From Lama guanicoe (lineage: Eukaryota): DNA of 64,000 bases. The translations under genes were made by a program, and so were the position numbers. Location: positions 7,153,957 to 7,217,956 of the forward strand of contig MU053881.1 of NCBI GenBank assembly GCA_013239625.1, given 5' to 3'. How positions within the stretch are numbered: the first letter of the stretch is position 1; every line of letters begins with the position of its first letter. Positions 50,205 through 62,626 of the stretch are shown piece by piece. A model generated the notes under the pieces. That model saw only the letters and a list, made by a program, of their open reading frames with translations, searched no databases and was not told the origin of the DNA.

Positions 50205-53200
50205 CTAAACCACTGCTGGATACAGTCCCTCAAAAGATGGCTTCCAGCTGAAGCTATCGGCAAGAGCTGTCAAGACTGTGATTTAGGGCACAGAAGGTGG
50301 GCTTGAGAAGGCACCTAACCAATTCTCCCCGCCACAAATGCGGAGGACCCTACCTAGTGGCCAGATACCACACCCCTCCTCCCAGAGCGTGCAAGTCACT
50401 GCGTGTGCAGAGCAGCAGTGGGCGAGGTGGCAGGAGATCTGATCTGTGACGGAGACGCTTTGTTTGATTTTTCTCTAAGTGTGTTTGAATTATTAAGTGT
50501 CAGGCTCATTAAGTGAAGGGTGCTGTTACAATTCTGTTGCTGGAGACAAAATTGCTATTTAAATTGAGTTTTGCCAATTTAGCTAATTTACTAAGTGGGC
50601 ATCGCCCCGTGTTAATTACTACGCTCCGATCACAGATTATTCATGGGGACGATGCAGTTTGACGCAGCAGATCTGTACACAGGAGTGCACCCCCTCCCGG
50701 AGGTTTGTGCACCCAGGGGGAGGCTCCCTCCTGTCATGGATGGGTAGCCAGAATGGTTCCTCCAACGATGTCCGAACATTTGCTGATTCATAAAGAAAAG
50801 GAGTCTGATAATTGCCCCAATGAAAGATCTGCTGATTCTCCCCACCCCTGACCAAAACACACAGAGGGTGGAAGAGATGTCATTAAGCCTTTGGAGCGTC
50901 TTGCAGGTGGCTGTGTTTCCCCCGCTCTGCACCAGGTCTGTTACTGACCAGCAGGGAGCTCTGTGATAGGTCACTTCACCTCCCGGCCTCAATTTCATCC
51001 CCTACAGTTGCCAGGCTGAGTTCAGAATTTTGGAGCAGGTGGAGACGAGGCTGCCGCAGGCAGTCGAGGTGCCCTGAGCTTGTACTGCCCTCCTTCACGT
51101 GTCTTCTTCAGTGTGGCACTCGGGACCCCGCCCTTGCTGCATCCTAGCCCCAGATCCATCACAGAGGCACAGGCATTCCCTTCTCTACAAGATGATGGCT
51201 CAGAGCCTTACCATTCTTTCATCTCTTAAAAAAAAAAAAGAATTCTGTGCTTCTGTATATTAATTCTGTGTGTACAGTCGAGGTGCAGATTCTGTTGATT
51301 TTGTTCTCTACCACCTGAAGGACAGATAGGTGGTTTTGCAACATTTTCAGACAACTGGGGAACTATTTTGCTCTTATTTGCAAAAATACTTAGGAAACAG
51401 GAAAATATTTCTTTGAAAAAATTTTTTTGCCTTCTAGAAAAAATTCTTGCTAACCTCCTAAAGGCTGTCTGCTTGGCCTTTTATTACAGTTGTGTTTAAA
51501 GGTGTGAAACTATAACCATTTAAGGATGTAGCTAATACAGAACGTTGTCTTCTGTGTGCTCCGCCGAGTGAATGTCACTCCTAATTATTATTTATCTGCA
51601 GGACTTTTGAGTTATAATGTCTTGTTCTACCAGAATTGTCTGATTTTTTTTATATTTTTAGAGAACCCATTTTTTTTCTCCCCTGAAGTCAGTGTACTGT
51701 GCACAGTTTGACAAGTTTTAAGACATAATGTAGCCATTGGAGCTCTAAGCAAAATAGCATGGTGATGAAGGATGACTTCCCCACATCTGCAGCGTTCATC
51801 ACTGCCTCCCCCTGAAGACCTTCATTTCACCGCAAAGTAGGTAGGACATGATAAAGTGCTGGCTTCTCAAAACTAGCATATGTTAGCATTCGCTTCTTAA
51901 TACAGTCTCCCGAACCTTGACCTGATATTCGAATGACTGGCGTCCAAAGGTGCTGGTGGCTTGAGGAACTGGTTCTCAGTCTAAACTTCTCCATCCAGTT
52001 GCCCTTTGAGCACCTCAGACCTTGGTGACTGAGCACAAAAGAGAAGAAAGAAAGCTGGAACATCCAGTTTTCCGTGTTGGCTCAGCGAGATCAGGACATG
52101 CGCCTGACATTTAGTTTCCCTCCTGGTGTGTGAGTCGAGACCTTCTCCTTTGCTGATTTTAAATTTTCGTCCAATGATGCACGGGAGAAAGGATCTTGGC
52201 TGTGACTCACAGATCTTGGCTCTTGCAAGCGGTGTACAAATTCACTCAGAAGTGGCAACGGCATGGGAAGCTGCAGCCCATGCGTGTACCCTGCCGCTCC
52301 CGCCAATGAGAGGGCTCTTCGTGCCACCGCCCAGTCCTTCTGCAGAAACTCCACCAGGCTGTCTTAGCTGCCCACCCGACAGTGCACTCCCGCTCCAGTG
52401 CTCTTTCTATCAATTATCAGAACTCCACAAGATTAAACGCCCTGTCTCAGATGGCCACAACCAGCGTGTGGCCAGCTAGGTTCAGATCTGGGTGACGGTG
52501 GACCAGCTTACTCCTGCACAGCACGTCCACTTTGCAAGTGGAAATTCATCAGAATTAACACCAAAGCCAGATGGTTAAAGTTGTTTTGGCAATGCATCAC
52601 ACGTTACTTGCCTATTTGCAGATGATGTTAAAATTAGCTTATCACATGTACACTAATGAAACTCAGAATAAAAACAATGGCACGATAACTAACATCGAGT
52701 CCTGACCCTGTGAGCAGTGCTGAGCTAACACTTCGCATTCACTGCCACATTTAGGACTCATTAGTACCTGAATGCGCAGGATCACATCACTAGCACCATT
52801 CTAGAAATGAGGGAGACAAAACTTAGCAAAGGGAAGTGTCTTGCCCAAGGTCAAGCAGCCTGGAAGTACAGAGCAGGATTTAGATCTAAGCTGTGAGTCC
52901 AGCGTGTGCGCTTAGGTTGGGAGAAATGTGGGTGCTGACAGGCATCCTCCTGCTGGCACACACGCTACACTCCTCACTATACAGCAAGGGCTGTGCTCGG
53001 CTGGGAGCCTCTGCCCTCAAGGGCTTGTGTTCAGTAGGCATGAGGCTGGGTAAATCAGAGGGGACGTCCCAGGGTGTATTGGCTATGGTCCACTTCTGGG
53101 AGGACTATCAGAGCATCTAGGAAGGGGTGCAAATCGGCCCAGAGGGAAGAAGTCTTCCTGGGGAGAGATGGTGGGTCCGGGGGAAACTCATTCCAAGGGA

Positions 53201-54036
53201 CTCTCAGTTCTATTCCATTTTTACTAAAAGAAAAATAGAGCATATGATGTGGGCTCTGTCCCAGTTCCTAGCTTACTGGTACCCTAGAACTGGACCCTCC
53301 CAGCTTCCTGTTTCAGCAATTCTCAACCTTAGGGATGCCCCACGCCCTCGGGGATGAGAGGTGAGCTGCAAATGTAATCGATCGATGTGCAGCACGAACA
53401 AAAGGAAGACCACCACTCTCAGCCCTGAATGGTGAAACTTAACATTAGCCATAGACTCTGGTCGTGCTGAGTGAGGAGAAGGACGAAAAGCAGACAAGGT
53501 CCCCACGTTAACACCATTAAAGATGACACCAGAAGTACGTTCAGGAAGCGCAGGCACTCGCCGGAGCACACTTTGTTCATTCTCCTCCGTGATTGTACTG
53601 AGTCTGGACTCCAGCCATGCCCCACTCCATTCCGCACCTCGTAAATCTGCATGTTGAAGGAAATCCAAGAAGGGAATGCAAAGGTTGGCAAATGCCCGGA
53701 AGTTGGAGAAGTGGGTGACTGACCCGCAAACTGCCTGAAGGCTGATGCACACAGGGGCTCCCCTGGCACGGTCATATTTCCAGAACAGAGTCCAGCAAGG
53801 TCCCATCCTGTCCACATCGTTGCTCCTTCTCATCAGGAAGAAGACTGACTCAAAGGAAAGGGAGTGAGTTGGACTAGAGATGCATTGTTTCTGAAGGTGG
53901 ACAAATGAGCAGATTGCTTCCCCGGCTGAATGTGACACCGAGATTAAACTATAACAAAGCACCAGATCCATACATGCAGACTCCCGAGGCTCAGGATGGT
54001 GGCTAACTTACCAGAACAGGGAGAGCGGACCTACAG

Positions 54037-54195
54037 CAGTGCCTCTCAACCTTTGCCCACACGTTAGAACTACCTGGGGATGCCCGGCTGCCACACAAAC
54101 TAATGAAATCATAATTGCTGGGGGCTGGGCCCAGGCATCAGTATTCGTATAGCTCCCATGTGACTCCAATATGTAGCCAAGGCTAAGACCATGGT
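54037..54195 (-). mobile_element. MER5A-family MITE
   Basis: 'cagtgcctctcaacctttgcccacacgttagaactacctggg...gggcccaggcatcagtatt...agctcccatgtgactccaatatgtagccaaggctaagaccatgg'. Confidence 0.75.
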
Positions 54196-54251
54196 CCTAT
54201 AGGCTAACCTGCCACACTCCAACAGAGGAAGCTACTAGTAAACAGAACCTG

Positions 54252-54265
54252 GTTTCCATGGCAAC
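54252..54265. promoter_or_regulatory. RFX X-box
   Basis: GTTTCCATGGCAAC is one base from the perfect palindrome GTTGCCATGGCAAC. Confidence 0.55.
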
Positions 54266-55195
54266 GTGTCACTGGGCTCCTCTCCCTTTCAGAGCACACA
54301 CCGAGAGGTGAATTATGTACTTAGTCTCCTCGTCCCTATCCCTACCCTGTTTCAAGCGACAGGGCCTCAAGTGGCCGGGAATCGCTTATTTAATAACTGG
54401 AGTATCGGCTGGGGGCCACGATCTAATCTAAACACCTCCTGGAGAAACCATTTCTTTGCAGAGAATGGCGAGCAGATGTGGAGTGTGCAGAGGAGCGGTC
54501 GGGACATGGTGCTGGGACAAGAGGGAGGTTTTTCCATGAGGATCGCTGCAGTTTGAGGATGCAGTGTTGAAACTGGAATGTTCTGGTAGTCTTTCTTGGG
54601 ACTTGGTCCCTGGGAAACTATGACATCAGATCTCTCCTTTAAAAAAAAAAAAAAGAGAAGGCCCCCACTGTTTGTTTTTAAACACTATGGGTGTGTAGTG
54701 TTTATAGGGAAAGATCACAAAGGATACACGTTTCACTTTTAACATTACTCAGTTTTGGAGACCAGAATCTGGGAAACAGTGAAAGGCTTTTTATTTTAAA
54801 CTTGTTTATAAGGTTTGGATTATTTACAATGACGAGCATATGAACACCGGCTCCTTGGGCCAGCCTGGCCCTCACCCAGTGGTCAGTTTCACGTGTCCCA
54901 GACCTAAAACCCCCAAATCTAACTGAAGGAGCACCAGCGAGTCATGCACATTTTGGCTAAGGGCTTCATAAGGAGGCCCAGGAGTGTGTCACATCAACTG
55001 GGAAGTCTCTGGCACCTTCTATCTCTCCTTCCCCACGTATCTGCCCACGTGTAGCCACCTGCGTGTTTCTCCTCCTCGACTCCTCTTTAGCCCACCTCAT
55101 TCCAGCCATTTTCCCACCTCAGATCCACCCCCTCAGTCTCATCTCTCCAGGCCCTTTGTCCACCTCACTCCAGAAAACAAAGGCTCCACCTTCCT

Positions 55196-55200
<5 letters not shown>

Positions 55201-55244
<44 letters not shown>
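55201..55244. repeat. (TG)22 perfect microsatellite
   Basis: Directly visible. Confidence 0.95.
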
Positions 55245-55245
<1 letters not shown>

Positions 55246-57079
55246 TTGCGCGTGTGCATCTTAAAGAGCACGTCCTAGCTGCTAATATGAAACAGGCTTC
55301 CATCACCTCCATCAGATGCCTTCTCCCTACTTCTTCTTTCCACGCAGCACAGCAGTCATCCCCATCTGACTTTGTCTTCACTTGTGTACTGCATCTGTGT
55401 CTGCCTGCCCACTAGGATACAAGCATCACGAGGTCAGGACCCTTGTTCACTCCTGTATCCCCGGCACCTACAGCAGTTCCCGGCAGGCAGTGGGCTCTCA
55501 GAGGTATTTACTGAGTATATGAATTAATAAGAGAATGAATGAACACTTTCTCTCTAACCCACAATGAAGAAAAAGGAAGAAAGAAAAGGGAAGGCAGGAG
55601 GGAAATGACTGAAGGGGCGGTTCCCCGGGTGGGAGGCTCTAGCTGGGAGTTGCCCTCTGGGTTTCTTGGCTGCGTCTACTAGCCACCTTCCCACTTCTGA
55701 GCCAGCGTACGAGAAACTTCACATTCCTCACTTACAACCCTCACCGCCGCCCCTCAAGGTAGCATTCCCTGTTTCACAGACAAGAAAACAGGTTCAGAGG
55801 TGTTCTGGCACTTCACTGATCCAACAGCCAGTAAGTGACAGCAATGAGATTAAAACCCCAGTCACTCTGATCCCCGAGCACCTTCCCCGAAACCATACCG
55901 TCTCATAAAATAACCACATCTCATGTTGTACGCCAGGGGCTGAATGCACTTGGATAGGTGGAAAGGGTTTCTTCAAAAATGCCTAAGGCTCAAACAACCA
56001 AGGTGAGAATTTCTCAGTTGCTGAGAGGGGGTGCTATCAAGCCAGGCCCCTTGGGGCAGCTCTGCTGCCTGTGTCCTTGCCACTGCCCCACTCTGGGTAG
56101 CACATGGCTTCGGTTAGTGACAGGGCTGAGGGGAGCCGAGCCATCCTCACTCTCTCTGGGTCCTCTTGGGAATGCACATGTATTTGTAAGATGGCTTTCC
56201 AGCACTGGGCTCTGCACAGAGCAATCACGATTGAAAACATCCCATACAAGGCTTCATCCTGAGATCAAGGACGGCAGGAACACAGTGACTTCACCAAACG
56301 GGCCAACCAGCCGAAGTCGTTTTATCCTTCCCAGGAGGAACATGACCTCCCACGTATCCACTTTGCAGAGCTCGCGTGCGCCCTTCTCTCTGGCACACAC
56401 ACGAGCACGTGCCGTGGCCGTGCAGGGGCACCCGTCAGAGACCCCTCCGTGAAACTGGAGGAGGATGCTTTTTCCCTTCTTGTTGTTGTCTTATTAACAC
56501 TTATTTACGTAGCTAATTTGTTGCAAATGTAGGAAGGAAAAAAGACATGCAAATTTTGATGAAGAGCTGAGATCAGGAAAAAGGAGACCAAGAGAGAAGC
56601 TTGGTCAGCCAACCAGGAAGCAAGGCTCACCCATCTGGTGCTCTCCACCGACACCGAGGGTGGGGATGATATAGATTTAAGAGAGAGAGAAACAGCCCTT
56701 CTTGAAATTAATAATTCAAGGCAAAAATCACAAAACTTAATTGCTCCCTGTCAGCCACAGCTCATCCTTGTCTTCTGTGATTTTGCACAAATTGACTTGG
56801 CAGCATTAAACAGACACATTTATTTTTAAAGGACTTTCTTGTTATCTATAGCCTGTTAATATGTTCATCCTTCACCTCCTTAAGTAACTCCGGGCAGATT
56901 TTTCCTCATTTGGAGTGAATGAAGCTCTCGTGTGATAGAAGGAAGGAAACCATCCAAGACGGCATGTCATCCTGGAGAACACACATCACCCTAAGAGGCT
57001 CTGGGGCCCCCTTGAGTCCAGACAGGAGCCCCAGAGGTGAGTGTATGAGGAAGGAAGCAAAGCTGAAGTGTCTTCTGAA

Positions 57080-57265
57080 GCTGTGCTTTATCCACGATCC
57101 ATCTGTGGCTATGCCAATTCAAATTAATTCAAATTAAATAAAAGTTCTATTGTCAGCCACATGAGCCCCACTCCAAGCCCTTGATACACACAGTGGCTAG
57201 TGGCCACCATACTGGTAGCAGAAAACTTGATTTCTATCTTTGCAGAAGGTTCTGTTGAACAGGGC
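57080..57265 (+). mobile_element. MER3-like hAT-Charlie MITE
   Basis: 'tgtggcta...aaattaattcaaattaaataaaa...gtggctagtggccaccatactgg...tgcagaaggttctgttgaacag'. Confidence 0.7.
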
Positions 57266-58739
57266 AGGTTCAAAGCTTTCAGACTCCAATAGGCTTCTTA
57301 ATATTTCATCTCATCTTGATGACATAAGCTAGCTGTTCTGCATACAACTCGCCACAATCCACTCTGTGAAAAATCCAGGTGTGAGCAGTTATGGGCTCTG
57401 TCCGTGACCGTTTTTATTCAGGTGGGATGATTTAGCTGGTGTCGAGAGGACAAGGAATGGGGAATGTTTATCCTGAGGCCAAGCAAGGACGGATGGATGA
57501 ATCAAAGAGAGGAGAATACTGGTCCTTGAGCGCAAAGAACTTGAGAAGACCTTTAACCCCCACTGTGCCTCAGCGCTACGCGCACACACGCTGCAGGTGG
57601 CCTCGGAGCCTCAGGGCTCACTGCACAGGCATTCTGGGTCCCTTTTCCAGACGGAGCTTGGAGGAACTTCAGTCTACGGGGCCAGCTGTGGGCTCAAGTT
57701 GACCTTGAGCATTTCACCTGCCCTTCTCAGGACACAAAGATAAGAGGACTATGTAGACCCTCCTCATCCTACATATTTGGCCTTTAGCTTATCTCCAAGT
57801 GAGCCTTGGCATGGTTCATAGTGCAGTGATCTGCCAGTTATTCCACTATTCAAGCTGGACCAGAGGACCCGGGGCACAGATTGAGCATCCTGTGCACCAC
57901 TAATCGTTTTCATCACTCAATTACTTGCGCAGTATTTAACCTCATAACATCAGCTGCGCATTACTGCACGGTGATTGCTGTTTCCTTCCTTCCGCCCACT
58001 CTTGCATAGCTGTTCTCTATGAGGCTGTCATGATTTGTTGACAAATCACGCTAGGTTCTTTTTTCCTATTTTCTCACACTCTTCAATAGTTGGGTTGCGT
58101 CTGGGCCTCTCTGCTTCTTTTAAAACTTCTCTCTCCTTTGGCTTCTATGACACTGTCCTCTCCATGGTTTCTTGGCCTCTCTGGTGGGTGGGCCAGGCTT
58201 CAAGTCACTCTCTGGCTTATGTCCTCCTGCCCAGGACTCGCTGTCAGCAGCACCTACTACTGGGGAGGAGAGCAGGCTGTGCTCTGGAGGAAGTAAGGCT
58301 GGCAGGCTTGACGGGCCACCTGAGTGCGGTGGAGCGTTCCAGGGGCTGGGGCAGGGCAAACGCAGACCTGCTTCATCCAGGTGGACCGTGGGTGTCCCTG
58401 GTCGGTGTCCTTGGTTGCGGGAGTTAGTTTTTCTCATCATAGGATGAAGGAATCAGAGTCCAGTCTCCTACAAGACGTAGAGGAGGAAGACGGCAAAACA
58501 AGCCACTGTTTGCTGGGGAACTAAGGTCACTGCCATTGTTAGTTTGGCCACAGGCCAGGTAAGCCAGGGAGGTGGCTGGCCCCGAGTCTGCAGGAGGAAA
58601 GGGCTGGCTGGGAGGAACTTGGGAGAAACCCCAAGTTGACAGTATTATCTTCCTGCCTCTGTACTTCCTTCCCTACATTTATACCCTCTCTACCACCCGT
58701 CTGTGAAATCCTTATGACTCTGAATTCCCGCATCCACTG

Positions 58740-59658
58740 AACCCCATGGAAGACTCCTCCTGGCCTGGCCACACCATCTCATCTTTCACCCCCAACCAGA
58801 GAATTCTTCCTTTGTATTTTACGTCTTGATCTTATGGGACCGTACCTTTGTAATGATCTTTGATTCCTTTCCCACTTGAACCCCGCATTCAGTGGGTTAC
58901 CAAGTTCTGCCAGTTCTATTAGACATATTTCTGATAGGCCTCTGCGGCCTCGGAGTCTGGTCTGCGGACCAGCAGCAGCACAACCTTCACCTGGCAATGC
59001 CTTAGAAACGCAAATTCTTAGTTCCCACAGTGAGATTCAGAAACTCTAGGGATGAGGCCAGGTGATCTGTTTAAGGGGCCCTCCAAGTGATTCTGATTCC
59101 GCGCAAGTCTGAGAACTCTGCCTTGTATCACAACTCAACGCCCTTATTGTGACTCCCAAGGCTCTGGATGATCTGGCCCCTCCCCACCTCTCCAAACTCA
59201 TCCAGAAACCCTCCGCCTCCTCCTGGCTCTCCAGCCACAGTGGCCTTCTTTCAAGCCCTGGAAAAACCCAGGATCGTCCCACCTCGAGCCTCTGCACATT
59301 CCTCCAGGTCATGCCTTACGCTCTTTGCTCTTCTTCACGCTTTTCACATGGGAGCGCCTTCTCAGCTTTTAATTCTTAGCATACATGCCTTAGAGGTTAT
59401 GCTCGGCCACCCTATGTAAAGTGCCTGCCTCGCTTCTGCCCTAACCTTTACTGCTTCCCAATCTCTGCTCCTTGGTTGTCCGTTTTGTATCACAATTTAT
59501 AATTGTTTCTCTGTTTACTGGCCTTTTGATTTTTTTTAAAGACTTAGAGGTAGGGACTTTTACCTTTGTGTTTCCCCTTGTCTTCAGCGTGCTTCCAGCA
59601 TAGTGTCTGAGACACGATAAAAGCTCAATGAGTAACCAACCAGTTGTTGAATGAATGC
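58740..59658 (+). mobile_element. L2 LINE fragment (interrupted by MER5A)
   Basis: 'caagttctgccagttcta...ctggatgatctggcccct...cacctcgagcctctgcacatt...cagcatagtgtctg...gttgttgaatgaatg'. Confidence 0.65.
58945..59120 (+). mobile_element. MER5A inserted into an L2 fragment
   Basis: 'ggaccagcagcagca...ttagaaacgcaaattct...cagaaactctagggatgaggccagg...ccctccaagtgattctgat...aagtctgagaactctg', flanked on both sides by L2-like sequence. Confidence 0.75.
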
Positions 59659-60574
59659 ATCCAGCCTGCCTTCACCTCTGTTTGCAGAGCTACAAGCCTT
59701 GGAGGCCTTGGTTCATTTATCTTCAAATGACCGTCCTGATGCCCTCTAACTCTGCATCCCGGCGTGATGGGTGATGTGTGATAGAACATGATACACCCAG
59801 CATTACTTGCTCTGATTAAACCCTCGTCCATCCTGCCTTGGCCAGCCTTTGAGCCGGGTCACTGCTCCCAACTTTCGGCCTCAGGCAGCAGCCAGATTCA
59901 CCTTCCTCAGTCATCATTTTTACCATGCTCTCTTTGGACTTGGCCATCAGAACTCATAGAAGATTAATGTAGACCATTCCCATTCCAAGGCTCATGTGAT
60001 TAAGAAAAAAAGCCTGTTTGTTAACAGTAATGCCAAGGCTTATATGGCAGTTCAAAAAAAACATAGAAGATAAATGGTTCATTTTGCAGACACTCATCAT
60101 AAGAAAAGTGCCCTTATATGTAACGTGACGATGTCCCTTTAATATCAAGGACAGAGCAGGGTGCTGGGACAAGGTCTGCACGTGGCAGGTGAGAGACAGT
60201 GAGATGCATGCTTTTCCTGTGATTCTCAAGTCCAGGCCAGGGTCCACAGTGGTGGGGACTCTCCATCCTCTATCCCTTGGCCTCACTGGGGCCACGTTAT
60301 CCCAGAGCACCCCAAGGGCTCTGAGAGAGGGCTTCCTTTGGCCGAGGTCAGCTCTAAGCAGTGGGCCCAGAGACCAGAGCTGAGGACACCCTGCCAAGGT
60401 GTGCAGGCCACGGTGTGGGTTTATAGTTGTGCTTACAAAGCTCCTTCAGGAACGTCACAGTTTGTGTCTCTGGGAAAACGTGAGACCTGTACCCGGCCCT
60501 GCTGGCAAGGGACATCTCTTCCTCAGGGAACCAGAACTTACTAAATTTCAAGAAAAAAATGACAACAACAGATA

Positions 60575-60790
60575 GATAATATTTATGGAGGACTTAACTC
60601 TATTGGTCTTGTACCCGGCAAAGCACTTTAGGTGAATGATCTGTTTTAATCCTCCCAGTCCAACCCTGTAAAGCAGGTGCTATGATGACCCTGCTCTACA
60701 GGTAAAGAAGCTGACATCTGGTGGGTCACCCAGCCAGTCACATAGCCGGCAGGGCTGGGGTTCCACCGAGGATGGCGCTCTTAACCATGA
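60575..60790 (-). mobile_element. MIR SINE
   Basis: 'ataatatttatggag...aagcactttaggtgaatgatctgttttaatcctc...ctacaggtaaagaagctga'. Confidence 0.65.
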
Positions 60791-62578
60791 CCCACCGCCT
60801 CCCGATTCCCACGGCTGCTCCCCTGAGGCAGGTCTGCCTTGCTCTACTTTACAGATAAGGAAACTGAGGCTCAGCTAGGGCTGCCCGGTGGCACCAGGTC
60901 CTCAACTCTCTATTACAGAGTTCATTTTTTTCCCTCTTGACCGTAGGTTAAACTTATCAGCCTTCCATCAAAAGAACAGATGGGTGAAAGGCAGGGGAGG
61001 GTAGTAAGGAATAAAAAGCATCACAGAGAAAAAAAAAATCTAAAAAAATTAAAAAGGGTGGGGACGTCTAATGAAACAGGTGGTCAAATCACTGGGGAAA
61101 GCAGTGTGAGACAGAACTGAGAGCTGCCTGCTGAGCCTGAAGCAGGCAGGAGGCCTGGGAGGGGACAGCTGTGTCTGCACGTGGACTTTTCAGCCTCAGT
61201 TCCAGGGGTTCCTAGAGGAAGCAGTTACTAGGCAAGTCCCAACCCGAGGAATTCAGCTCGGCCTTCGACGATGTGTCTGTCCACCCATGTGCCAGGCCAA
61301 AGGGAATACCAGAATCCTCCCAACTGATGAAAAGAAAAAAAGGAGTTCAGGAAAGATGGTTTTGTTAATTATTCAGGTTTCAGTCCTCCTTCCAGAGAAG
61401 TATCTCAGCTCTGCTGTAACGGCAGAGAGGAGGCTCTCCATTTTTAAAACAGGATGGAATTGATAATAAGTCTCCTTCCCTTGAAATGAACTTTAGCGTG
61501 ATTGAATGGAGCCAAAGAGACGAAACGGCGGTTCAGTGAGAGTCTAACTAACATCACCATCCAAGAGGCAGCTGAAAGATCAGCAAGATTTTCAGGCTTT
61601 AATTCTTCTTGGGAGCAAATGAATGGAAAACATCTGCCCTATTTGGGAGCACACATGGGGAAATCTGGACTTGCCAACGGGATGGCTGGAGGAAGCAAAA
61701 ATGGCTCCTTGGACACCAGGAAACTGACAAGGCGGAGGTGAGGCTTTGCAGGGGAAGAGGTGAGAGGGAAAGAAGACGGGGCAGAGAATTCCTGTTTATA
61801 TGAAAACTAGTCCCTGCCCAAAGCCTGATGTCTTCTAGACCTGACCTCATTTCCTACCAGCCCAGGGCTGCGGGGCCAGAGCTCATTTGCGGGGCCAGTT
61901 TAATTCTCACCCCTGATACTAACTCATTAGATAGCTGTGGCCCTCTGGGATTTTCTGGACATCAGGTAGGGAGCAATATAAGAAGAGGATGCAGGTGCCT
62001 CTGCCTCCAAATTCAAGAATTCCAGGGGGCTCAGCAGGACAGAGAAAGGGGGGAGCGGCAGGAGGCAAGGGGAGGTCAGCTAATTACCAATTACCAGGTC
62101 CTTTGCAAGCACAGAGGCTCCACCTGAATGATAAATGTTGCCATTTTGCCAACTGCGGATGTTCCTACTTGCAAATCTGGAGAATTCTCCAAGGGAGCAG
62201 CAGATTGCTTATCCCACAAAACTTCCACCCCAGCTCACATCCTTGACTGGCTAAGGGCTACAGGATAAAGTTCTTTCTGGCAAACTTCAAAACACACGTT
62301 GCATAACATCTATGCAAATAATGGAGAGTGGAAACTTTTAAAAACAAGTTATAAGTATATTTACCAGAACAGAGTTATTTACATTTTTGTAGCATTCTAT
62401 GCCTCACTTAATGCTCCTAGTCTTCTGTGAAGCCGTCTTATCCTCTGTTTATCAGATAAGAAAACAGCAGCTCAAAGAAGTATGGAAAGATGCCAAAGGT
62501 CACAAAAGCAAAGTGCAAAAAGGAATGAGTAAGGGCTTAATGACAAGTTTCCTGACTCAAAATTCCCCTTGTACGTGA

Positions 62579-62626
62579 GTGTGTGTGTGTGTGTGTGCGC
62601 GCGCACGCACGCGTGCGCACGCATAC
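62579..62626. repeat. (GT)n(GC)n(GCAC)n alternating purine-pyrimidine tract
   Basis: gtgtgtgtgtgtgtgtgtgcgcgcgcacgcacgcgtgcgcacgcatac. Confidence 0.9.

Noticed and set aside
53273..53971. 232-aa minus-strand ORF as a standalone gene
   Set aside because: No recognisable homology or domain. Only the splice-site-bounded 108-nt segment in another frame is kept as a candidate.
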